Assembly (NCBI RefSeq): GCF_039793925.1 | Contig: NZ_JBAMME010000199.1 | Span: 70,121-134,120 of the forward strand | Direction: 5' to 3' | DNA: 64,000 bases | DNA from: Thermogutta sp. | GTDB lineage: Bacteria > Planctomycetota > Planctomycetia > Pirellulales > Thermoguttaceae | Part shown: piece after piece, positions 9,576-18,056 of the stretch | Layout of the letters: each line of letters opens with the position of its first letter | How positions within the stretch are numbered: position 1 is the first letter of the stretch | Made by a program: the position numbers and the translations under genes | Notes under the pieces: model-generated | The model's database searches: none | Told to the model about the DNA's origin: nothing | Seen by the model: the letters and a program-made list of their open reading frames with translations, nothing else

Positions 9576-10133
9576 TCACCAACCCCAGCGGAATTCGTAG
9601 TAGTCACAGATGCCGTTGCCGTTTCGGTCCACGAAGTAGGGTCCGGCCCCCATTCCCCTACCGGGGCCACGCATGCCGTATCCGCTTCCCCGTCGAGGAC
9701 CGAAAGCGGGAGACGCCGGTCCAAAACCTGGACCAGGCCCACGGCCGGGGCCCATACCCATCGCATACCCGGGACCTCGTCCCAGCCCCAATCCGAGACC
9801 GGGCCCACCCCAAGGACACACGCCCATAGCCGGATTCGCGACCGAGGCAGGACCAGCTTTGACCCACTCGGCACGAAGGTCACGAAGCTTGGCCTCCAAG
9901 TCGGCAATGCGCTGGCTGTCGGGTTGGGGTTTGGCCCGTTCTTCGGCCAGGGCTGTCATGGTGCGGAACCATTCGGCGCGGAGTTCCGCCACCTTAGAAA
10001 CCGCGGATGCCGATGCCGTGGCAACAGCAGACGCTGGGGTGTTTGCCGCCTCGGACTCCCCTGCCCACACAGTTGTGGGAAGTACTAGAAGAGCCATTCC
10101 GACTAAACTTACTACAAATCGTTTTGCACACAT
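9576..10133 (-). CDS. Periplasmic CpxP/Spy/ZraP-like protein with a Gly-rich C-terminal half
   Basis: GGAGGA lies 7 nt before ATG 10133; the ORF-track start at 10148 is a GTG that overlaps this SD. Signal peptide MCAKRFVVSLVGMALLVLPTTVWA, then a helical segment. The Gly-rich GPGRGMG-type run resembles the Gly/Met-rich tail of E. coli ZraP. It sits next to an HK/sigma-54 regulator pair, as in zraP-zraSR. Confidence 0.65.
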   Translation of the reverse strand: MCAKRFVVSLVGMALLVLPTTVWAGESEAANTPASAVATASASAVSKVAELRAEWFRTMTALAEERAKPQPDSQRIADLEAKLRDLRAEWVKAGPASVANPAMGVCPWGGPGLGLGLGRGPGYAMGMGPGRGPGPGFGPASPAFGPRRGSGYGMRGPGRGMGAGPYFVDRNGNGICDYYEFRWGW

Positions 10134-10228
10134 GGTGGTGTCCTCCACATTTCAGAGTTACTTGTGTTCGATATTCCTCGCGACTCTCCAACGATGTTCA
10201 GGTCGGCGCCGACCCGTTTGCTGAGTTA

Positions 10229-10244
10229 AGCACAACCGATGCCA
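10229..10244 (-). promoter_or_regulatory. Candidate sigma-54 (-24/-12) promoter for the CpxP/ZraP-like gene
   Basis: The minus strand reads TGGCATCGGTTGTGCT, with GG and GC in the canonical 10-nt-separated -24/-12 register (consensus TGGCAC-N5-TTGC). It lies about 95 nt upstream of ATG 10133, and an NtrC-type activator is encoded adjacent. Confidence 0.5.
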
Positions 10245-10582
10245 AAGCGCATTTTCTGAGCTGTTGGTGGGTCAAACCTGCCAGAACAGCGGCAAAGATC
10301 TGGATTTCCCCTGGGCGCAGGTGGGCCAGACCGCGATCAAATTCCTCACCGACCGCGAAATATTTGCAGGGGCGCGGCGGTGAAACGCTTTATCGCCGTG
10401 TGCAATTTCTGCACAGCTTGCCGGTCCAGGGGAAGTTCGAGAAAAGAGGGCAGGAATTCATCTTGGGCCTGCTTTAAGCTAAGATTGGAAAGAGTCATCC
10501 GCCAGTTTTGTCCATTTTTCCTGCCAATTTTCTTTTGCCGGAAAGATCACTGACGATCCTTGACAATGTAGGCGCACAAAAA

Positions 10583-11911
10583 ATGAAGGTCACGGTCGAA
10601 CAAGTTTTCGAAGCCGGTGTGGTGGGAGCCGGTGGTGCCGGTTTTCCCACGCATGTGAAACTATCTGCCCGTGCCGATACTGTCCTTATCAACGCAGCGG
10701 AATGCGAACCGCTCCTGCATAAGGACAAAGAGATTCTCCGCGATTACACGGACATAGTATTGGAAGGCCTCCAAATTGCCATGCAACTGGTGGGAGCGGA
10801 ACGGGGCGTCATCGGCATCAAAGGAAAGTATCACGATGTCATCGAAAAGCTGGAACGGTTAATTCCTCCGCGGGTGGAGATCGTTCCTCTCCCTGATGCC
10901 TATCCGTCGGGTGACGAATTCATTCTCGTGTACGAGGCACTGGGACGCATCATCCCACCTGGTGGAATACCTCTCCATGTGGGGGCGGTGGTGATCAACG
11001 TGGAGACGGCATTCAACGTCGCACAGGCCGCTTCCCAACCAGTTGTGGAAAAGTATTTGACGATCGCTGGAGCGGTCAAAGAGCCCGTGACCCTTCGGGT
11101 GCCGGTTGGTGTGACACTGGCAGAATGCCTCGAGCTGGCGGGCGGTGCAACGGTGGAAAATCCCCAGTTGATGGTGGGCGGGGTGATGATGGGGTATCTA
11201 GAAGAGAACCCGCAGGCTCTCGTGGACAAAACGACGGGCGGTGTCATTGTTCTCCCTGAGGATCACATCGTCATCCGGCGGCGCCGCCAGGACTGGAAAC
11301 AAATTGCACGAATAGGACGATCGGCCTGCGATCAATGCAGCTTCTGCACGGAATTGTGCCCGCGGTGGCTGCTCGGGCATCCCATCGAGCCCCACCGCGC
11401 CATGCGCAGCCTCGGCTTCAATCTGGTGGGCGAAGCCAACGTGCAGGGCACTGTGTTCTGCTGCGAGTGCAATCTGTGCAGCCTGTACTCCTGCCCAGAA
11501 GACCTTGATCCGAAAAACGTCTGCGCGCAGAACAAACGCCGAATTCTTGCAGAAAAGCGACGGTGGGAAAACCCTCCATTCGTTCCAGAGAGAGCAGACC
11601 GGCTGCTCAAGAACCGCCGCGCTCCCACAGCTCGGTTGATGCGGAAACTGGGCCTGACGGTTTATCCCAACGTAGGGCCACTCGTGGAACGAACCGTCGT
11701 CCCACGACGCGTAGGAATCAAGTTAAAGCAGCACGTGGGAGCCCCCTGCGAGCCGGTCGTTCAGGTCGGTGACAGGGTGGAACGTGGCCAGGTGATCGGG
11801 CGTCCTCCGATGGCAAATGGAAAACCCGCCCTGGGCGCCCCTGTGCACGCGTCGATCGCAGGACGGGTGAGTGCGATTAACGACGGAATTATCTGGATTG
11901 AACGGGAGTAA
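10583..11911 (+). CDS. PduS/RnfC-like flavo-iron-sulfur oxidoreductase (NADH/FMN-binding + SLBB + 2x[4Fe-4S])
   Basis: GVVGAGGAGFPTHVKL nucleotide/FMN-binding motif. Two Cys clusters, CDQCSFCTELCP and CCECNLCSLYSCP. C-terminal barrel-sandwich-like segment (VQVGDRVERGQVIG ... VHASIAGRVSAI). The start is uncertain: ATG 10583 or the TTG at 10508 used in the ORF track. Confidence 0.75.
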   Translation: MKVTVEQVFEAGVVGAGGAGFPTHVKLSARADTVLINAAECEPLLHKDKEILRDYTDIVLEGLQIAMQLVGAERGVIGIKGKYHDVIEKLERLIPPRVEIVPLPDAYPSGDEFILVYEALGRIIPPGGIPLHVGAVVINVETAFNVAQAASQPVVEKYLTIAGAVKEPVTLRVPVGVTLAECLELAGGATVENPQLMVGGVMMGYLEENPQALVDKTTGGVIVLPEDHIVIRRRRQDWKQIARIGRSACDQCSFCTELCPRWLLGHPIEPHRAMRSLGFNLVGEANVQGTVFCCECNLCSLYSCPEDLDPKNVCAQNKRRILAEKRRWENPPFVPERADRLLKNRRAPTARLMRKLGLTVYPNVGPLVERTVVPRRVGIKLKQHVGAPCEPVVQVGDRVERGQVIGRPPMANGKPALGAPVHASIAGRVSAINDGIIWIERE

Positions 11912-11982
11912 CATACCGCCCTTGATTTGGCACATACGCCAAAGCATGCAAATACAGAATTGGAAAAAGGAAGGAGTAAACG

Positions 11983-12555
11983 ATGGCAGAAATTCAACCC
12001 ACTGGCCGAGCCATCGCAGCCGTTGAACTGTCGAGCGTGGGAGTTGGCTATGAAGTGGAAGACGTGATGCTGAAGGCAGCCTCCGTGGACCTTCTCATCG
12101 CGCGGACAATTTGCTCAGGAAAATACCTCATTATCGTCGGCGGGTTGGTCAGCGACGTCCAGGCGGCTCTGCAGGCGGGGCTTGCCGCAGCCCGGGATTC
12201 TGTGATCGACGAACTGCTCATACCGAATGTCCACGAGTCGGTGTTCCCGGCCCTTGGGCAATCGGTGGTCCTGGATCGCGATCACGCGGGGGCCTTGGGG
12301 GTCATTGAAACATTCAGTGGTACCGCTGCTCTGGCAGCAGCCGACCGGGCAGCCAAGGCCGCTCGCGTCACCCTCTTCAGAATTCACGTTGCGATGGCCC
12401 TGGGGGGAAAGGGGCTGGTTCTCATGACGGGGTCTGTGGCCGACGTTCGGGCAGGTGTGACAGCCGGAGCGGAGGAAGCCCGCTCCCGGGGATTGCTGGT
12501 CTCCGAAGTGGTCATCCCGCGACCATCGCGAGAACTCTTTGCCGATTACCTCTGA
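11983..12555 (+). CDS. PduT-type tandem-BMC-domain (BMC-T) microcompartment shell protein
   Basis: AAGGAG SD 6 nt before the ATG. The 190-aa protein has two BMC-like halves. Recalled from memory against Salmonella PduT: ELSSVGVGYEVEDVMLKAASVDLL, ARTICSGKYLIIVGG (conserved Cys at the pore FeS position), GVIETFS, AADRAAKAARVTL, VIPRP. Confidence 0.8.
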   Translation: MAEIQPTGRAIAAVELSSVGVGYEVEDVMLKAASVDLLIARTICSGKYLIIVGGLVSDVQAALQAGLAAARDSVIDELLIPNVHESVFPALGQSVVLDRDHAGALGVIETFSGTAALAAADRAAKAARVTLFRIHVAMALGGKGLVLMTGSVADVRAGVTAGAEEARSRGLLVSEVVIPRPSRELFADYL

Positions 12556-12770
12556 CACCTCCGGAAGCGGTAGGATTGTGAGACGGGATCTTTTCGGCAG
12601 GAAACGGCATCCAAGGGGAAAGCGTCCACCCCCTGGGGTATCGCGTTACAATGAAACCGGGAGGAAGAGGCCCGAAACAAGTGTTGGCCCTATCCCTTTT
12701 CCGCATCAAGCGGCAGCACGCCCGGTTTCCCGTTATTCATATCCGAACGTCTGTAGTATGTCAGTGAGCC

Positions 12771-13655
12771 ATGGATGTCTCTGCTGAAACATGCCACATT
12801 CCGGTGATGCCCCAGGAAGTCCTCAAATTCCTGGACCCGCAACCTGGGCAGATCATTGTGGACGCCACATTAGGAGGGGGTGGACATACACGGCTGATTG
12901 CCCAGCGCGTTTGGCCGGGGGGTGCCGTCATTGCATTGGACCGCGATCCTGCGGCGGTGCATCGTGCAGAAAAAAATTTGGCGGCCTTGCCAGTGCGAAT
13001 TGTGCAGGGGAATTTCCGAGATTTGCCAGAAATCTTGGAGGACCTGGATGTAGAAACGGTCGATGGCATTCTGCTTGACCTGGGGATGTCGAGTGATCAG
13101 TTGGCCGATGTCAGCCGCGGTTTTAGCTTCCAAGCCGACGGACCGCTCGATCTGCGGTTCGATCCAACTTCCGGAGAGCCTGCGTGGACATTGGTCAATC
13201 GAATGGGCGAAAAAGCCCTGGCCGATCTCATCTACCGCTATGGCGAGGAACGGTTTTCCCGGCGGATTGCCGCCCGAATTGTGGAAGAGCGAAAAAAGAG
13301 CCCGATCAAATCGGCACGCGACCTAGCGGAACTTATCTGTCGCGTTGTGCCTCGGCATCGGTCCGGTGGCATCCATCCGGCGACGCGTACTTTCCAGGCA
13401 CTGCGGATCGCCGTTAATGACGAACTGGGAGCCCTCGAAACGGCGTTACGGCGCTATCCAGATATTCTCCGACCTGGTGGCCGCCTCGTGGTAATTAGCT
13501 TTCATTCGCTGGAAGATCGCCTGGTGAAGGAAGCTTTCAAATCCGATCCCCGGTATACGGTCCTCACCAAGAAACCGATCACGCCGAGCGAAGAAGAAAT
13601 AGCGGCCAATCCACGGGCACGAAGTGCTAAATTGCGGGCGGCCGCTCGAACCTGA
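12771..13655 (+). CDS. rsmH: 16S rRNA (cytosine1402-N4)-methyltransferase RsmH (MraW)
   Basis: HIPVMPQEVL, DATLGGGGH, GILLDLGMSSDQL, FQALRIAVNDEL, ISFHSLEDRLVK. Confidence 0.9.
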   Translation: MDVSAETCHIPVMPQEVLKFLDPQPGQIIVDATLGGGGHTRLIAQRVWPGGAVIALDRDPAAVHRAEKNLAALPVRIVQGNFRDLPEILEDLDVETVDGILLDLGMSSDQLADVSRGFSFQADGPLDLRFDPTSGEPAWTLVNRMGEKALADLIYRYGEERFSRRIAARIVEERKKSPIKSARDLAELICRVVPRHRSGGIHPATRTFQALRIAVNDELGALETALRRYPDILRPGGRLVVISFHSLEDRLVKEAFKSDPRYTVLTKKPITPSEEEIAANPRARSAKLRAAART

Positions 13656-13708
13656 AGGCCTCGCACCATGTTTCACGGTACCTTCGGGAACGACACGCTG
13701 GTCGCGAG

Positions 13709-13736
13709 CCCTCAGAGGGCGTGCTTGTCAGGTCCG
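13709..13736. repeat. Copy A of a conserved intergenic motif, CCC(TC)AGAGGG-CGTGCTTGTCAGGTCCG
   Basis: 17 consecutive nt (13720-13736) are identical to 54370-54386. The adjacent AGAGGG and CCC are also shared, with small indels. Both copies are intergenic and on the same strand. Confidence 0.7.
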
Positions 13737-14003
13737 TTTACTGAGATTCGGGGACCCACCCCGATTCACCGGTCACGACGAGCGTGACCCTCCGACATTC
13801 AACGGACCCCGTGGCAGGCGTCTCTTCAAAGGACCGTGCTCCACATCCGGGCCATGAGACTCACACCGTTTGATCTTTTGAGATTTCAGCGAATTTGGTA
13901 AAACACGTCTGATTTGGTGCACTTACCTGCAAAGAAACCCACCATAGAAGTGCAATTGATAGCGGCTGCGTGAATTCGATACCAGAGAATCCTTTGTCCG
14001 TTT

Positions 14004-16037
14004 ATGAAGAACTTTGGCAAGATTCTGAGGTATGTCATTCGACAGCCCCTGGCGCTGCTGGGTGTCAGCGTCACCGCCTTGGCGGTCGGGGTTCTGTGGG
14101 GAGGTAACATTTCGGCCATTTATCCGATCGTGGAGGTCGCATTCCGGGGGGAATCGCTTCACTATTGGGTAGATATGAAAATCGAAGAGTGCCGCAAGGC
14201 GGAGCGGGCGATCCGGAAAGAGCTTGCCGCAATGGCTGACTCCTCGAGCGAGGTGACACCAAACCAGGAAGCTCGGTCCCAGCGATCGGTGGAACCTCCG
14301 CAAGGCCAGCTTTCCGACCGGGTACGCACCCTGGAGGCGGAGCTGGCTCAGGTACAACTCCGGCAGCGCCAGTACGAATGGTTGCGGCCGTGGATTCGGC
14401 GATTGACGCCTCGAGATCCGTTTTCGACACTCTGTTTCATTCTCGGCTTACTTCTCCTCGGGACGGTGTTAAAGAGCGCTGCACTGGTGACCAACTCCAT
14501 TTTGGTTGCGCGGGTGGCCCATCAGACGATCCTTCAGCTTCGCCGTCAGCTTTTTGCCCATGCGCTGCGACTGGAGATCAATCGGCCTGGTCAGGAAAGC
14601 GCCGCGCAGATGATGAGCCGTTTCACCCACGACATGAACGCCATCCAGGGGGGATTGACGATCCTGCTCGGCAAGATGACGCGTGAGCCACTGAAAATGT
14701 TTGCGTGTCTGGCTGGGGCGGCCTACATCTGCTGGCCGCTTCTCGTTTTCTCTTTACTCGTGGTTCCACCGGCGGGTTGGGCGATCTGGCGTCTGGGCCG
14801 ACTTCTCAAAAAGGCCAATCGCAGGGCGATGGAGGAGATGGCCCAGCTTTATGGAACGCTGGAGGAAGCCCTGCGGGCTCTCCCTATCGTTAAAGCGTTC
14901 ACCATGGAGCCTTTTGAACGTCGACGCTTTTTTGAAACATGTCGTCGCTACTATGCCAAGGGCATGAAGATCGCAATGTACGATGCGCTCACCAATCCGG
15001 TTACGGAGGTGCTGGGTATCACCATCATCAGTCTTGCGATGATCGCCGGAGCCTATCTTGTTCTCCACCAGGACACAACTTTTTTCGGAGTCTCGCTTTC
15101 CAGCCAACCGCTATCTATGCCAGAATTGGTGCTGTTCTACGCCTTGCTTGCAGGGGCTGCTGATCCAGTGCGGAAACTCTCGGACGTCTTCTCGGGCCTT
15201 CAGGCCGCGTTCGCGGCCACCGATCGCGTGTATGCACTGCTGGAGCGGGCGCCCGAGGTTCGCGAAAAGCCGGACGCTCGGGTGATTCCGCGGCATCGAA
15301 AACACCTGGTGTTCGACCACGTATGGTTTGGCTATGTCCCAGATCGGCCCGTCCTTCGCGATATTAACCTGACCATTCCGTTTGGGGAATCTCTGGTGAT
15401 TGTGGGCGGCAGCGGATGTGGGAAAAGCACCCTCGTGGGGCTCATTCCCCGCTTTTTTGATCCCCAGCAGGGCGAAATCCGACTAGACGGGGTGCCGCTT
15501 CCCGATATCCGCCTGCGGTCGCTCCGCAAACAGATCGGCCTGGTCACTCAGGAACCGGTTCTTTTTCACGATACGATTCTCAACAACATCAAATACGGGT
15601 CTCCCCATGCCACCGATGAACAGGCCATCGAGGCGGCACGAGCGGCCCACGCGCATCATTTCATCGAGCAACTACCCCATGGTTACGACACTGTTCTCGG
15701 TCCGATGGGGGCGGGCCTATCCGGAGGACAGCGTCAGAGGATTGCTCTGGCCCGCGCAATTCTTCGGGATCCCGCCATCCTCATTCTGGACGAGGCCACC
15801 AGTCAAATTGATGTGGAAAGCGAGCAGCTTATTCAGGAGGCGTTGGAAAAGTTCATTAATGGGCGGACGACGATTATGATCACCCATCGGCTCAGCTCGA
15901 TCGGCCTCGCCGATCGCGTGATGGTCATGCAGGACGGCCAAATCGTCGATATCGGCAGCCATGACGAGTTGCTCGCGCGGTCGGCAACCTATCGGCGTTT
16001 CCATTCGTTGCAATACGAGGATCTCCGCGCGGCGTGA
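14004..16037 (+). CDS. ABC exporter, fused permease/ATPase (MsbA-like) with an enlarged TM1-TM2 loop
   Basis: Six-TM exporter domain. Walker A GGSGCGKST, signature LSGGQRQRIALARA, Walker B ILILDEATS. About 100 aa of charged, helical sequence sits between TM1 and TM2. Confidence 0.85.
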   Translation: MKNFGKILRYVIRQPLALLGVSVTALAVGVLWGGNISAIYPIVEVAFRGESLHYWVDMKIEECRKAERAIRKELAAMADSSSEVTPNQEARSQRSVEPPQGQLSDRVRTLEAELAQVQLRQRQYEWLRPWIRRLTPRDPFSTLCFILGLLLLGTVLKSAALVTNSILVARVAHQTILQLRRQLFAHALRLEINRPGQESAAQMMSRFTHDMNAIQGGLTILLGKMTREPLKMFACLAGAAYICWPLLVFSLLVVPPAGWAIWRLGRLLKKANRRAMEEMAQLYGTLEEALRALPIVKAFTMEPFERRRFFETCRRYYAKGMKIAMYDALTNPVTEVLGITIISLAMIAGAYLVLHQDTTFFGVSLSSQPLSMPELVLFYALLAGAADPVRKLSDVFSGLQAAFAATDRVYALLERAPEVREKPDARVIPRHRKHLVFDHVWFGYVPDRPVLRDINLTIPFGESLVIVGGSGCGKSTLVGLIPRFFDPQQGEIRLDGVPLPDIRLRSLRKQIGLVTQEPVLFHDTILNNIKYGSPHATDEQAIEAARAAHAHHFIEQLPHGYDTVLGPMGAGLSGGQRQRIALARAILRDPAILILDEATSQIDVESEQLIQEALEKFINGRTTIMITHRLSSIGLADRVMVMQDGQIVDIGSHDELLARSATYRRFHSLQYEDLRAA

Positions 16038-16172
16038 TCCCTGTTAGGTGGCAGAAAATGGTCAGGTTGAATCTTGCGACCCAGTGAACTCTTTCCGGAA
16101 CCGGTCCGCGATCAAACTTCACGAACGTCCTCCCGCGGGGTCCCTGGGGTGACATCACTCGACATTGGAAGC

Positions 16173-17081
16173 ATGAAGAAGGTGGCCTCCATCCTGCTTT
16201 GGTGTGTCAAATTAGCAGCGATGCTGGTTGTATTTCTGATTTGCTTTGTTTTGGGTTCGTCTGCCGTAGCCGCCGCACTTCCATCTGATCTCCCTACGGA
16301 GCCGGGCCCCGTTCCTTCAAGGATTGCGTTTGTGCTGATTGCCGCCGCTCATGTGATGGTGGTTACCCTGTTGATCGCTGGATCACAATTGGGTGGTTGG
16401 AAGTTGGCCGTGGTGATTTCGCTGGCCTATTTTGGGGCCGTAACCGCGCTTCCCCAATTGGAGACCTGGTACTTTCTGGCCGGCCGAACAGTCGATCCTC
16501 GTCTTTTGCCACGCCTGTTTCTGATGGGAGTTCCGCCCGCGTTTCTTTTTGTTCCTTTCAGCGTTTGGGTTCTGGGAAAAGGAAGGAGCCAGATCCATCC
16601 TGAGGTTGCCCCCTGGGGAGCTTTCCGGGTCTGCCACTGGTTGAAGAGAGCCCTGCCGCTGGCGATGTTGTATGCGGTTCTGTATTGGATGGCCGGTTAT
16701 TTCATCGCCTGGCAAAACCCTCAATTGAGGGAATTTTACGGGCAGCCCGGTCCTGTGGAGCCGTTTCTCTCCCACACATTTCGCACGCTGCGCGACGCGC
16801 CTTTATTTTGGGTGTTTCAACTGATCCGAGGAATGCTCTGGGTGGCATGCGCGACACCGATCGTTTATGGTTCTCGCTGGGGGCCGGTGACGACTGCCGC
16901 TCTCGTAGCGCTATTCTTTAGCCTTCCGCAGAATCTCATGCTGCTCTTGCCCAATCCGTTGATGCCTTCGGCGAGTGTCCGGCTGACGCATCTGGTGGAA
17001 ACTGCTTCCTCTTCGTTCGTGTTTGGTATCCTGGTGGCCTGGGTGTTGGCTGGGTTTCCGAAGCCGCGTCGCCGAGAGTAA
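16173..17081 (+). CDS. Polytopic membrane protein of unknown function
   Basis: ORF with about 8 hydrophobic helices beginning MKKVASILLWCVKLAAMLVVFLICF. I recognise no motif. The upstream part of the ORF-track ORF (from 16074) looks non-coding. Confidence 0.5.
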   Translation: MKKVASILLWCVKLAAMLVVFLICFVLGSSAVAAALPSDLPTEPGPVPSRIAFVLIAAAHVMVVTLLIAGSQLGGWKLAVVISLAYFGAVTALPQLETWYFLAGRTVDPRLLPRLFLMGVPPAFLFVPFSVWVLGKGRSQIHPEVAPWGAFRVCHWLKRALPLAMLYAVLYWMAGYFIAWQNPQLREFYGQPGPVEPFLSHTFRTLRDAPLFWVFQLIRGMLWVACATPIVYGSRWGPVTTAALVALFFSLPQNLMLLLPNPLMPSASVRLTHLVETASSSFVFGILVAWVLAGFPKPRRRE

Positions 17082-17271
17082 AATCGGCTTAATTGACGCC
17101 CGGCCTCCTTCACCCGGGGCCTACACAACAGGATTCGTCCGAAAACGGGTTTGCGTTCCCGCCGTGTGCTCGAGAAATGAACCATCCTTTCCGAGCCACC
17201 GTATCGGTGAGTGAGAATCTCTGGTTGATAGATACACAATTTGCGGTTTTTTGGCGACAGAAGTAGGCCTT

Positions 17272-17976
17272 ATGACATTTCCGCAAGACCAAGCACCCTT
17301 GCTACTCCTCCAGGACGTCCGCAAGTCGTTCCGCGAGCCGGACGGAGGCGAACTCCCCATACTGGATATTCCGGAGTTTACTGTGGAAGCGGGCGAACAG
17401 GTTGTCATCGTGGGAGAGAGCGGGTGTGGGAAAACCACGCTGCTTCACATCATCGCGGGAATCAGCCGGCCCGACGAAGGCCAAGTCCGTATCGCCGGGT
17501 GGGATATCACCCTCCTCTCGGAGGCGGAATGCGACCGGTTCCGAGCGGAGAACATCGGCTACGTGTTCCAAACTTTTAACCTTTTGCCGGCTTTTACCGC
17601 CCTGGAAAATGTGCTGTTGGGAATGACATTCGGTCGGGGCAAGCCGGACGTCAAACGGGCAAAACAGCTTCTGGAACGCGTAGGACTGGGGCATCGACTT
17701 CATCATAAACCACGACAGCTTTCGGTCGGGGAACAGCAACGGGTATCGGTAGCCCGGGCACTCGCCAATCGGCCGAAGCTTATTCTGGCGGACGAACCCA
17801 CAGCCAATGTCGATTCCAGCAACCAGCAGGCGGTGCTGGATTTGTTGCGGGAAGGGTGCCGGGAGGAAAACGTGGCCCTCATTCTTGTGACGCACAGTCC
17901 TGAGGTGGCCCGGCAGTTTCCCCGTATCGTTCATCTCCCCGATATTAACCTGGTTCTGTCCCAACGTCAGAGGTGA
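17272..17976 (+). CDS. ABC transporter ATP-binding protein (MacB/LolD/FtsE-like)
   Basis: Walker A GESGCGKTT, Q-loop, signature LSVGEQQRVSVARAL, Walker B LILADEPT. Its stop overlaps the next ORF. ATG 17272 is preferred over TTG 17251. Confidence 0.85.
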   Translation: MTFPQDQAPLLLLQDVRKSFREPDGGELPILDIPEFTVEAGEQVVIVGESGCGKTTLLHIIAGISRPDEGQVRIAGWDITLLSEAECDRFRAENIGYVFQTFNLLPAFTALENVLLGMTFGRGKPDVKRAKQLLERVGLGHRLHHKPRQLSVGEQQRVSVARALANRPKLILADEPTANVDSSNQQAVLDLLREGCREENVALILVTHSPEVARQFPRIVHLPDINLVLSQRQR

Positions 17977-18056
17977 GGGAAAAGTTTCCCAGGGGATTGG
18001 CCCCGCTTTCGATTGGCGTAATAAGCAGAGGACAAACGACAAGAGATTCATCACAT

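Noticed and set aside
13724-13736. GTCAGGTCCG resembles the conserved domain IV strand of SRP (4.5S) RNA
   Set aside because: The obligatory continuation (GGAA tetraloop context, AGCAGC strand) is absent in both copies (13.7 kb and 54.4 kb), and no long closing helix is present.
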